Shown piece by piece: positions 18,836-27,308 of a stretch of 64,000 nucleotides of DNA; the stretch's first letter is position 1, and each line of letters opens with the position of its first letter. The position numbers and the translations under genes were made by a program. The notes under the pieces were generated by a model. That model was not told the DNA's origin. It was given only the letters and a program-made list of their open reading frames with translations, and searched no databases. Source of the stretch: Candidatus Rhodoferax mariagerensis (GTDB taxonomy: Bacteria > Pseudomonadota > Gammaproteobacteria > Burkholderiales > Burkholderiaceae_C); contig JADKAW010000018.1 of the NCBI GenBank assembly GCA_016719055.1, forward strand, positions 2,015-66,014. The letters run 5' to 3'.

Positions 18836-20268
18836 GTCCGCTGGCCCGTCAGGCGGTCCCGCCTGCGCCGTCCACCGCAATGCTCCGGCAAGGCTTGTCA
18901 CTCAAGCGCCAGTTGCTGATCTGGCTGCTGCTGCCTCAACTGGTGCTGTTACTGGTGGGTGGGGTGCTGGCCTACCGAGTGGCCCTGAGTTATGCCGAAA
19001 AAGCCATTGACCAGTCGCTGACCCAGTCGGTGCGCTCACTGTCGCGTCAGGTCAAGCCGGTGGGTTCCGGCTTGCTGATTGATTTTCCGCGCGCCGCGCA
19101 AGACATCATTGAGCAGGACCCCAAGGACCGGGTCAGTTACATGGTGTCGTCGCCGCCCGGCAGCTTTTTGCTGGGTAATGGCAAACTTCCCGGGCCGGAG
19201 CAGCCGGCGCCGTTCATGGCCAACGAAACGGTGCTGTACAACGCCCAGATTGACGGGCGCGCCATGCGCGTGGCGCTGCTGGAGGTGGACTACGGTGACA
19301 GCCAGTCGCCGCAGCGCATGCGGGTGCAGCTGGCCAAAAGCCTGGCGGTGCAGCAGCGCCTGACCACCGAGCTGATCGCCGACATGCTGGTGCCCTTGCT
19401 GTTGCTGGGTGCAGTCTTGAGCATGCTGGTGTATGGCGGCATTTCGCGCGGCCTGCAGCCCCTGACCAGGTTGCAGGCCCAGCTGGGGGACCGCAGCGAA
19501 CCTGCACTGTCGGCCCTGTCGCCGATTGAGCTGACCCAGGCGCCACAAGAAGTGCACGCACTGGCTGCGGCGGTGAACCAGCTGCTGTCGGCGGTGCGGC
19601 GTAGCCTGGGGCAGGAAAAGCGCTTTTTGAACGATGCAGCACACCAGTTGCGCACGCCGCTGGCTGGCCTGATCAGCCAGACCGAGCTGGCGCTGACCGA
19701 AACCGACCCCGATGCCTTGCGCGAGCGCTTGAACAAGGTCTTGTCCGGCGCGCAACGCAGCGCCCATCTGGTGCACCAGTTGCTGTCGCTGGCGCGTAAC
19801 GAGGTCGAGGTCAGGCTTGCCCCGCTAGATATTGCCGAGCTGGCACGCGATGTGGCGCGGCAATGGACTCCCCGCGCGCTCAAAGCCGGCATTGATCTGG
19901 GCTTTGAGGGGGCCGATCATCTGTTGGTGATGGGTGAAGCCTTGTTGTTGCGCGAAGCGCTGAGCAATCTGATTGACAACGCGTTGACCTACGCCGGACC
20001 CAACAGCGAAGTCACCCTGAGCGCGCAGGCCAGCGGGGCACAGGTGTTGGTCGCCGTTCAGGACAACGGCGTGGGCCTGTCAGAGGCTGACTTGCCCCAT
20101 GTGTTTGAGCGTTTCTGGCGTGCCAGCCATGTGCCTGGTGGCTGTGGTCTGGGACTGGCCATCGTGAACGAGATTGCCCAGCGGCATGGGGGCAGCGCCA
20201 GCGTGACTGCCGTGCTGCCGCAGGGTTTGCGGGTGCAATTGTTGCTGCCGCGCGCCAACCATGACTGA
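18832..20268 (+). CDS. Sensor histidine kinase (two TM, HAMP, HisKA, HATPase_c)
   Basis: H-box FLNDAAHQLRTPL, N-box LIDNALTY, and G-boxes DNGVGL and GGCGLGLAIV. Its ATG overlaps the response regulator stop (ATGA). Confidence 0.9.
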   Translation: MSPLARQAVPPAPSTAMLRQGLSLKRQLLIWLLLPQLVLLLVGGVLAYRVALSYAEKAIDQSLTQSVRSLSRQVKPVGSGLLIDFPRAAQDIIEQDPKDRVSYMVSSPPGSFLLGNGKLPGPEQPAPFMANETVLYNAQIDGRAMRVALLEVDYGDSQSPQRMRVQLAKSLAVQQRLTTELIADMLVPLLLLGAVLSMLVYGGISRGLQPLTRLQAQLGDRSEPALSALSPIELTQAPQEVHALAAAVNQLLSAVRRSLGQEKRFLNDAAHQLRTPLAGLISQTELALTETDPDALRERLNKVLSGAQRSAHLVHQLLSLARNEVEVRLAPLDIAELARDVARQWTPRALKAGIDLGFEGADHLLVMGEALLLREALSNLIDNALTYAGPNSEVTLSAQASGAQVLVAVQDNGVGLSEADLPHVFERFWRASHVPGGCGLGLAIVNEIAQRHGGSASVTAVLPQGLRVQLLLPRANHD

Positions 20269-20373
20269 GCGCCCGGCACGCACGACGGCACCCGGGCCGA
20301 CAAAGCGGTTGTCGTGAGATACTGAATTGCACCCAATGTGCTTGTGTTCTGGCCTGTTGTACTGCGTTAAACC

Positions 20374-22959
20374 GTGAACGATCTCGAGACCTCTTTAAGC
20401 CTGGCTGGCAGCAACGCTGTGGCCACGGGCAATCGCACGCCCGGGGTAGACGCGGCTACTCCGGCTGCAGAGTCTGAAAACCCCTGGAAGCTGGCGCTGG
20501 AAGGCTCGGCCGCAGGCATCTGGGACTGGAATCTGGTCACCGGCGCGCAAACCCATTCGCCTCGCTGGGAGGAAATGATCGGGTACGGCGCAGGTGAACT
20601 TGGCGAGGGTTATTCAGAATTTGAAAAGCGCTTGCATCCGGACGACGCAGCCGGACAACAGACCGCGATCCGCGCCTATCTGGAAGGCCGAGCCAGCAGC
20701 TATGCCTATGAGCTGCGCATGCGCTGCAAAGATGGCAGCTGGAAATGGATTTTGTCGACCGGCATGGTCGTGGCGCGTGATGCCCAGGGCCGGCCCACCC
20801 GCATGATTGGCATCCACACGGATATTGGCGAGCGCAAAAAAAGTGAACAGGCGCTTAGGGAGCTGAACACCGCGTTGCAGGAAAAATCGAGTCTTTTACA
20901 AACCACCTTGACCCACATCAGCCAGGGTATTTTGGTGTTTGATGAGGCGCGCCGCATCATCGGCTTTAACCCGCGTGTGTGTGAATTGCTTGAGTTGCCG
21001 GCCGAGCTTCTGGCGTCGCGACCCGATTTGTCGATGGTTAGCCGGTTTCAGAATGAGCGCGGAGATTTCGGTTCAGACAGCAAGCTGGTGAGCCAGAATG
21101 CCCGCTCTTTTGTGTTGACCAACGGGGTTGGTGAGCCACCGCTGGACTACCTGCGCGAAACCCCGGCGGGGCGCATCCTGGAGGTCAAGTCGCAGATGTT
21201 GCCGGACGGCGGAATGGTCCGAACTTTTGCCGACATCACCGACTACGTCAAGGCCAAGGCGGCGCTGCAAGAAAATGAAGAGCGCTGGAAGCTGGCGCTT
21301 GAGAGCACCGGCGATGGTGTCTGGGACTGGCATATTCCGTCGGGCGAGGAGTACTTTTCAAGCAGCCTGCTGCAGATGTATGGCCTGGATGAGGGTGACA
21401 TCAAGAACAACGCCTCAGAACTCGACCAGCGCACCCACCCGGACGACATTGCGCAGCTCAACCAGCATCGCCAGGCCCATTTTGACGGCCTGACGCCCAC
21501 GTATGTCAATGAGCATCGGGTGCGTTGCAAGGATGGCTCCTGGAAATGGGTGCTGACACGCGGCATGGTGATCAGCCGTGATGACCATGGCAAACCCTTG
21601 CGCATGATTGGCACGCACACTGACATCACCGAGCGCAAGGTGTCCGAGGCCACCATCTGGCGCCAGGCCAACTTTGACGCGCTGACCGGTTTGCCAAACC
21701 GCCGCATGATGCGTGAGCGCCTGGGTCAAGAGCTCAAAAAATGCCGGCGCGACAATCTGCAACTGGCATTGCTGTTCATTGACCTGGACCGATTCAAGGA
21801 AGTCAATGACACGCTGGGGCACGATCAGGGCGACCAGCTGCTGGCTGACGCGGCGCGGCGCATTGCCCACTGTCTGCGCGAGGTCGACATCGTGGCACGC
21901 ATGGGGGGTGACGAGTTCACTGTGATCGTGACTGAATTGCAACACATCGCTGACCTGGAAGTGGTGTTGCAAAAGCTGCTCAGAACCCTGGGGACGGCCT
22001 TCACATTGGGGATGGCGCAGGTTTTTATTTCGGCCAGCATTGGCGTCACGGTTTATCCCGGAGATGCCCTGGAAATTGAAGAACTGTTGAAAAACGCCGA
22101 CCAGGCGCTGTATGTGGCCAAGGGGGCGGGCCGCAACCGCTTTAGTTTTTTTACACCCGCCTTGCAAGAGGCGGCCCAGTGGCGCGCACAACTGACGCAA
22201 GACCTGCGCGCTGCGCTGCAAGCGCAGCAGTTTCGGCTGGTCTATCAACCCATTGTGGCGCTGGCCACCGGGGTTGTTCACAAGGCTGAAGCGTTGGTTC
22301 GCTGGCAGCACCCCACCCGCGGCTTGATCAGCCCGGCAGAGTTCATACCGGTGGCAGAAAGCAGCGGTTTGATTGTGGCGCTGGGTGAATGGGTCTTTCA
22401 GCAGGCGGCCCATCAGGTCAAAGCCTGGCGGAGCAGCCTGCACGCAAGCTTTCAGATCAGTGTCAACAAGTCACCAGTGCAGTTTGAAAACCCGGCGCCT
22501 GGGCAGGTACCGTGGATAGAACAGCTCAAGGCGCTGGGCTTGCAGGGTGATTGTCTGGTGGTGGAAATCACCGAAGGCCTGTTGCTGTCCACCAGTGACA
22601 ATGTGATTGGTCAGCTGCTGGCGCTTAGCCAGGATGGTATTGGCGTTTCACTGGACGACTTTGGCACCGGCTATTCGTCGCTGTCTTATTTGCAGAAATT
22701 TGACATTGACTTTGTCAAGATCGATCAGTCGTTCGTGCGGCACCTGGCTCCTGACTCGACAGATCTGGCACTGTGTCAGGCCATTATTGCCATGGCGCAT
22801 GCGCTGGGCATGAAGGTGATTGCCGAGGGGGTTGAAACCAAAACCCAACGCGACTTGCTCCTGACTGCCGGCTGTGATTTCGCCCAGGGTTATTTTTTTT
22901 CAAGACCTTTGCCAACGGCTGAATTTGAGGTTTTTGTAGCCTCTTTTGTATTCGAGTAG
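20374..22959 (+). CDS. PAS-PAS-PAS GGDEF-EAL protein (cytoplasmic)
   Basis: 861 aa with a GTG start. It has REVDIVARMGGDEF (I-site plus GGDEF) and EALVRW (EAL). Confidence 0.9.
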   Translation: MNDLETSLSLAGSNAVATGNRTPGVDAATPAAESENPWKLALEGSAAGIWDWNLVTGAQTHSPRWEEMIGYGAGELGEGYSEFEKRLHPDDAAGQQTAIRAYLEGRASSYAYELRMRCKDGSWKWILSTGMVVARDAQGRPTRMIGIHTDIGERKKSEQALRELNTALQEKSSLLQTTLTHISQGILVFDEARRIIGFNPRVCELLELPAELLASRPDLSMVSRFQNERGDFGSDSKLVSQNARSFVLTNGVGEPPLDYLRETPAGRILEVKSQMLPDGGMVRTFADITDYVKAKAALQENEERWKLALESTGDGVWDWHIPSGEEYFSSSLLQMYGLDEGDIKNNASELDQRTHPDDIAQLNQHRQAHFDGLTPTYVNEHRVRCKDGSWKWVLTRGMVISRDDHGKPLRMIGTHTDITERKVSEATIWRQANFDALTGLPNRRMMRERLGQELKKCRRDNLQLALLFIDLDRFKEVNDTLGHDQGDQLLADAARRIAHCLREVDIVARMGGDEFTVIVTELQHIADLEVVLQKLLRTLGTAFTLGMAQVFISASIGVTVYPGDALEIEELLKNADQALYVAKGAGRNRFSFFTPALQEAAQWRAQLTQDLRAALQAQQFRLVYQPIVALATGVVHKAEALVRWQHPTRGLISPAEFIPVAESSGLIVALGEWVFQQAAHQVKAWRSSLHASFQISVNKSPVQFENPAPGQVPWIEQLKALGLQGDCLVVEITEGLLLSTSDNVIGQLLALSQDGIGVSLDDFGTGYSSLSYLQKFDIDFVKIDQSFVRHLAPDSTDLALCQAIIAMAHALGMKVIAEGVETKTQRDLLLTAGCDFAQGYFFSRPLPTAEFEVFVASFVFE

Positions 22960-23089
22960 CGTGCGCGGTTCAATCTGTCAAAAAATATAAGCAGAATTTG
23001 ACTTTGCTCAAAGTCTGATGTGATTCGATGCTGACAATGTTATGGCACCTATCCGTTTGCTTGAATGCTTATTACGTCTGGAGATTTTT

Positions 23090-24031
23090 ATGAAAATTAC
23101 CGAAGTTCACCGGAGTCTCGCGCTGATCTTTGGCAGTTGCCTGCTGGCTACTTCGTTGTCTGCGCAGGCCGCACCCAAGGGTGCCAAAGCGATTTTTGAC
23201 AGCGGCGGCGGCGGCGGCACGATTGGTATGTCGGTCAACGCTGCACGCCCGGCCACACCGGTCGCAAATGCCGAGCCAGTGTCCCAGAGGTATGTGGGTA
23301 TTTCTTACCAGATCATGGCCATTGAAAACGATGGCCAGATGCGGCCAGTGTCAAAAAACCGCACCTTTCGTTCAGGTGAGCGCGTCAGAATTCTGGCCAG
23401 CACCAATCGGCCAGGCTACTTGACAGTGGCCAACATTGGCACCTCGGGCCGGATGACCGTGCTGTTTAGCGAGTATGTGGACGCCTACAGGATGACCCAG
23501 ATTCCGCAAAACAGCAATTTGCGTTTTGATGGCAATCCTGGTACAGAAAACGTGTTGATCATGTTGTCCAACGAGCCCAACCCGATCGCGGGGCCTTCCA
23601 ACAGTGTGGTGTCGGCACCCCCTGCGCCTACTTATCCGACGCAGGTATCAACACCGGCCCCAGCGCCGGCCTACCCCGCACCAGTATCGGCACCCTATGT
23701 GCCGCCGCCGCCCATGCCGGGCACCGATACCGCAACAGCGCCAGCCTACCCAGCGCTGCCACCTGAGCAGGCCAGTGCCAGTTTGGTGGCCTCGCTCGAC
23801 GGTGCCAAGAGTCTCAAAGCCAAAGGGTCCAAAGATCTGATGGTGGAAGACAGCATGGAAAACTCCTACACGGTCGTGTCTCCCAGACAAGGAGGCTACA
23901 AGGCCGTCAGCGGTGGTGCCAAAGATTTGATCATGGAGTCAACAGAAGGTACCAATTACGGCATGGTGCCGGTGGCCGCTGTTTCTGGGGGCGGCATCCT
24001 GACGCTAGAAATCAAACTTAAACATCGCTAA
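23090..24031 (+). CDS. Secreted DUF4384-like protein with Pro-rich linker and C-terminal G-[AS]-K-D-L motifs
   Basis: Signal peptide MKITEVHRSLALIFGSCLLATSLSAQA. FRSGERVRILASTNRPGYLTVANIGTSGRMTVLF...GTENVLIMLS resembles DUF4384. A PAPxYP-rich linker follows. GGAG lies before the ATG at 23090. Confidence 0.7.
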   Translation: MKITEVHRSLALIFGSCLLATSLSAQAAPKGAKAIFDSGGGGGTIGMSVNAARPATPVANAEPVSQRYVGISYQIMAIENDGQMRPVSKNRTFRSGERVRILASTNRPGYLTVANIGTSGRMTVLFSEYVDAYRMTQIPQNSNLRFDGNPGTENVLIMLSNEPNPIAGPSNSVVSAPPAPTYPTQVSTPAPAPAYPAPVSAPYVPPPPMPGTDTATAPAYPALPPEQASASLVASLDGAKSLKAKGSKDLMVEDSMENSYTVVSPRQGGYKAVSGGAKDLIMESTEGTNYGMVPVAAVSGGGILTLEIKLKHR

Positions 24032-24034
24032 CCG

Positions 24035-24059
24035 ACAACGGCTATCTGCCGTTGTTTTG
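24035..24059 (+). terminator. Possible terminator after the DUF4384-like gene
   Basis: ACAACGGC-tatct-GCCGTTGT followed by TTT. Confidence 0.45.
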
Positions 24060-24117
24060 CAATGTCGTAGACGTTAATTAATATTGACGGGCTATTGTGG
24101 CCCGGGAGATGCAACAA

Positions 24118-24822
24118 ATGAAAAGACCTTATACGCGCTCGGTAGCCAAAGTCATGCTGCCCGTGTTCTTGACTGCCTGTGCAGCGCTACCGCCGCCAGG
24201 AACCCGCTTGACTGACCAAGAGCGCGCTGAGGCCCAAAAAACCTGCGTGAATCAGTACGTTGTAGGGGGTGCCATCGGCGGAGCACTTCTGGGCATGCTG
24301 GTCTCAAGCAGCAAAGACCGTACGCAGGGTGCGGTGGTCGGTGCTATTGCCGGCGGCGCTCTGGCACACAGTTATGCCTGGGGCAAGTGCTTGTCGTATT
24401 ACTCTGACACCAACAGTTTCCCGGTTGCCAACGCCCAGCAGACGGCTGCGGCAGTGGGCTACACGGCCAGTCGGGGTAACGAAGTGCGTATCCAGAGTTT
24501 TGTCGTGACTCCAAGCCAGATTGCACCTGGGGGCAATCTCAAGCTCAATGGTTCTTACTATGTGATGGCGCCTGATGGCCAGCAGCAGGTCAAGGTGATT
24601 GAAACCCGCACCGTGTACTACCAGGATCCCAAAGACAACTCATGGAAAGAACTGGGTTCAGAAACAACGCCCATCACTGCGGCACTTGGCAGTCGTCGGT
24701 CCGAAGGACAAACCGGCATGCCGGTCGAGGTGGCCGAGGGGCGCTACCGCGTGACGTTCAAGGTCAGTGCGCTGGGTCGCGAAGATCAAGCCTCGCAGGA
24801 AGTCGTGATCAAAAAGTCTTGA
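24118..24822 (+). CDS. Lipoprotein with glycine-zipper segment and beta-rich C-terminal domain
   Basis: Lipobox VFLTAC and a glycine zipper GGAIGGALLGMLV...GAVVGAIAGGALA (Rick_17kDa/SlyB-like). The start could also be 24097 or 24109. Confidence 0.65.
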   Translation: MKRPYTRSVAKVMLPVFLTACAALPPPGTRLTDQERAEAQKTCVNQYVVGGAIGGALLGMLVSSSKDRTQGAVVGAIAGGALAHSYAWGKCLSYYSDTNSFPVANAQQTAAAVGYTASRGNEVRIQSFVVTPSQIAPGGNLKLNGSYYVMAPDGQQQVKVIETRTVYYQDPKDNSWKELGSETTPITAALGSRRSEGQTGMPVEVAEGRYRVTFKVSALGREDQASQEVVIKKS

Positions 24823-24828
24823 CCAACC

Positions 24829-26100
24829 ATGAACTGCCGTCGTAACAAGCCGATTTTCCTGTTATTTGCGTTGTTGTTGGCGCTGGCGTTGCCCGTGTTC
24901 GGGCAGCAAGCGTCGCCAACACCAGTGACGCAGCAGCATTTGCAGATCATCAATTCGGCTTTTGCCCGCAACGGGGTGGTCAACGGGCGGGTCGAGTTTG
25001 ATGCCTACGGCAGGGTCGAGCTCAAAGGTGATTATGTCGACGAGCCAGAGGTTGACCGGGCTTTTTCGCTGGCGCAAGTAGTGGTGGGCGTCAAGTGGGT
25101 GTCGCCAGTCACACCAGAAAACATCCAGGTCAAAACTTGGGAAAAGAAGCTTGGCAACCTCTTTGCCCGTGCCAATGTGTTGCAGCCATCGGTGCGTGGA
25201 GACGGCATGCCCGGGCCAATCCGCAACCGTTATGCTGTGGTCGTTGGGGTAGGGCGCTTCAAGTATGGCATTCAGCCGCTTGAATATGCTGCCCGAGATG
25301 CGCTGGCTTTTTATCAGTTTCTGACCGATCCGCGCCGGGGGCAGTTCCGCCCCGACAATGTTGTTTTCCTGACCGACGAAAACGCCACGCGCTCCAATGT
25401 TGCCGTTGCGCTTGACAAGCTGCGTCAACTGGCAGGCGAAGATGATCTGGTGACGGTGTATATCAGCAGTCACGGCAGCCCGCCAGACAAAAAAGGGGCG
25501 GTCAATGTGGTGACGTATGACACCGAGACCAAACCCCGCGAGCGCATCTGGTACACCTCGGTGACCGAAGATATGCTCAAAGAATTTGTCGAAGGTGTCA
25601 AAGCCAAGCGCTTGGTCATGGTGCTCGACACTTGCTACAGCAATGGTGCCTACCGGGCTGTCCCGGGCTTTTTGCCGCCTGGTGGCAAATCACTTGGCGC
25701 GGGTGACAGCGAAGGTTACGGCATCAGCCAGGAGTCCAGCCGACGCATGCTCGGTGGTGCCAAGGACCTGGTGCTGGAAGACGACACGCGCCGCGCCACA
25801 ACTGCCAAATCAGTCAATATTGGATCGACCGAGCCCTATGGGAAAGTGCTCATTGGCGCCAGTGGCTCAGGCGAGCAGTCGTGGGAGTCGGAAAAGCTGC
25901 GAAACAGCATTTTCACCTACTACTTTGTCGATGGACTCAACCGCTACAGTGGTTCGGTGCAACAAGCATTCAACTATGCCAAACCTCGTGTTGCCAGCCG
26001 CGTCAAAGAAGAAAAAGGTCACGACATTGACCAGAACCCGCAAGCCATGGCGACCATGCCCAACTGGGACATGCGCTTGACGCAAGCGGCCACACGTTAA
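24829..26100 (+). CDS. Secreted BON-domain caspase-like protease (peptidase C14 / orthocaspase)
   Basis: Signal peptide MNCRRNKPIFLLFALLLALALPVFG. The N-terminus is BON-like (GRVELKGDYVDEPEVDRAFSLAQVVVGVKWV). The C14 core RYAVVVGVGRFKY...YISSHGS (His codon 25471) and VLDTCYSNGA (Cys codon 25633) is present. The gene starts 6 bp after the preceding gene. Confidence 0.8.
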   Translation: MNCRRNKPIFLLFALLLALALPVFGQQASPTPVTQQHLQIINSAFARNGVVNGRVEFDAYGRVELKGDYVDEPEVDRAFSLAQVVVGVKWVSPVTPENIQVKTWEKKLGNLFARANVLQPSVRGDGMPGPIRNRYAVVVGVGRFKYGIQPLEYAARDALAFYQFLTDPRRGQFRPDNVVFLTDENATRSNVAVALDKLRQLAGEDDLVTVYISSHGSPPDKKGAVNVVTYDTETKPRERIWYTSVTEDMLKEFVEGVKAKRLVMVLDTCYSNGAYRAVPGFLPPGGKSLGAGDSEGYGISQESSRRMLGGAKDLVLEDDTRRATTAKSVNIGSTEPYGKVLIGASGSGEQSWESEKLRNSIFTYYFVDGLNRYSGSVQQAFNYAKPRVASRVKEEKGHDIDQNPQAMATMPNWDMRLTQAATR

Positions 26101-26120
26101 CTCCCCACTGAGGACTGTTT

Positions 26121-26786
26121 ATGCACACCACGAAAAACGCATCCCTATGGCTTAGCACTTTGGCCAGTGCTGTTGTTCTGCTGTCAGGCTGCGACAAAAT
26201 TCCAGGATTGGGCAAACCCGCAGAAGCACCCGCACCCGTGGCAGCACCGGTTGCACCGCCACCTGTTGCGGACCCTGCCCCGGCAACCATTGCCGTAGCA
26301 CCTCCTACAGTTGCAACCTCACCTGCACCCGCGGCTGGCCCCAGTCTGGAAGTACAGAGCCACATCAAGCAAGCATTTGCTTACATCAGTATGGCAAAAA
26401 ATGCGCAAGGCTCAATCCGCGAAGAGAACATTGATAACGCGCTCAAAGAGTTTACGGTTGCGATTCAAAAAGATCCCAACTACGCCGAAGCCTATTCCAA
26501 CCGGGCTGCCACCTACATGCAGCAGAAAAAATTCAACAAGGCCGACGATGATTTGCGGCGCGCCAAAGAGTTGTCACCAGACAGTCCATCCGTGCGTTAC
26601 AACTACGCCAGCTTGCATTCGCTCAAAGGGAACGTCGACCTGGCGCTGGATGAGGTCGATGCCGCCTTGACCAAAGGCTTTTCGGACTATGACGCGCTGC
26701 GCCTTGATCCGGACCTGAATAATGTGCGAAAACACCCAGAATTTCGAAAAATTCTTGAAAAACACAAGGTGTTTATCGTCAAGTAA
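26121..26786 (+). CDS. TPR-repeat lipoprotein
   Basis: Lipobox LLSGC, an Ala/Pro-rich linker, then TPR units (DPNYAEAYSNRAATYMQQKKFNKADDDLRRAKELSPD...). Confidence 0.75.
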   Translation: MHTTKNASLWLSTLASAVVLLSGCDKIPGLGKPAEAPAPVAAPVAPPPVADPAPATIAVAPPTVATSPAPAAGPSLEVQSHIKQAFAYISMAKNAQGSIREENIDNALKEFTVAIQKDPNYAEAYSNRAATYMQQKKFNKADDDLRRAKELSPDSPSVRYNYASLHSLKGNVDLALDEVDAALTKGFSDYDALRLDPDLNNVRKHPEFRKILEKHKVFIVK

Positions 26787-26830
26787 AACGCGTTTGGAAG
26801 TTGATGGAGCAACCTTGAAAGTTTGATGTC

Positions 26831-27220
26831 ATGCGCCAATTCGTCCGTTCCCTGGTCATGGTGCTGGTCGCGTGTGTAGGTTCGGACTTATGGGCACAGC
26901 AGCCTGACCCCACTTCCACGCGCCGGTTCGCAGATTGCCTGTGCCGTTGCTCCAGCGGCTGGGCAGCCCATATTGGCGTGTTTTATGACCCGGATCACAA
27001 GCATGCCGCCACTTGCGAAAGTGCTGGCCCGTGTATTGGCGGCATTGGAGCGTTTGGCTGCTCCAGCAGGCACTATCTGAGTGCGACGACCGAATGCAGT
27101 CGCAGTTGCTGGGAGCAGGCGTTTGCCGGGCAGGCTTTCAACAACGGCACCATCACCGAGTTTTCTGACACGCTCAATCAGCGCTATCGACAGCGCCAAG
27201 GATCAACGGGCGGCAAATAG
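26831..27220 (+). CDS. Small secreted 8-cysteine protein (stand-alone copy of a module also found in the giant protein)
   Basis: 129 aa with a signal peptide. CLCRCSSGWAAHIGVFYDP...CESAGPCIGGIGAFGCSSRH...TECSRSCWE is about 66 percent identical (counted by eye) to residues encoded at 31707-31899. Confidence 0.65.
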   Translation: MRQFVRSLVMVLVACVGSDLWAQQPDPTSTRRFADCLCRCSSGWAAHIGVFYDPDHKHAATCESAGPCIGGIGAFGCSSRHYLSATTECSRSCWEQAFAGQAFNNGTITEFSDTLNQRYRQRQGSTGGK

Positions 27221-27308
27221 GCGCAGGCTCGCGCCGCAATGACGGCGTGCCAACAGGGCTAGGTTCATTGGACGTTCGCTATCAACTGGCGCAAACAAGA
27301 GGCACCCC

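Noticed and set aside
24118-24822. 241-aa protein next to a caspase as a possible bacterial gasdermin
   Set aside because: It has a lipoprotein signal and a glycine-zipper segment. Bacterial gasdermins are cytoplasmic, have no signal peptide and are paired with cytoplasmic proteases.
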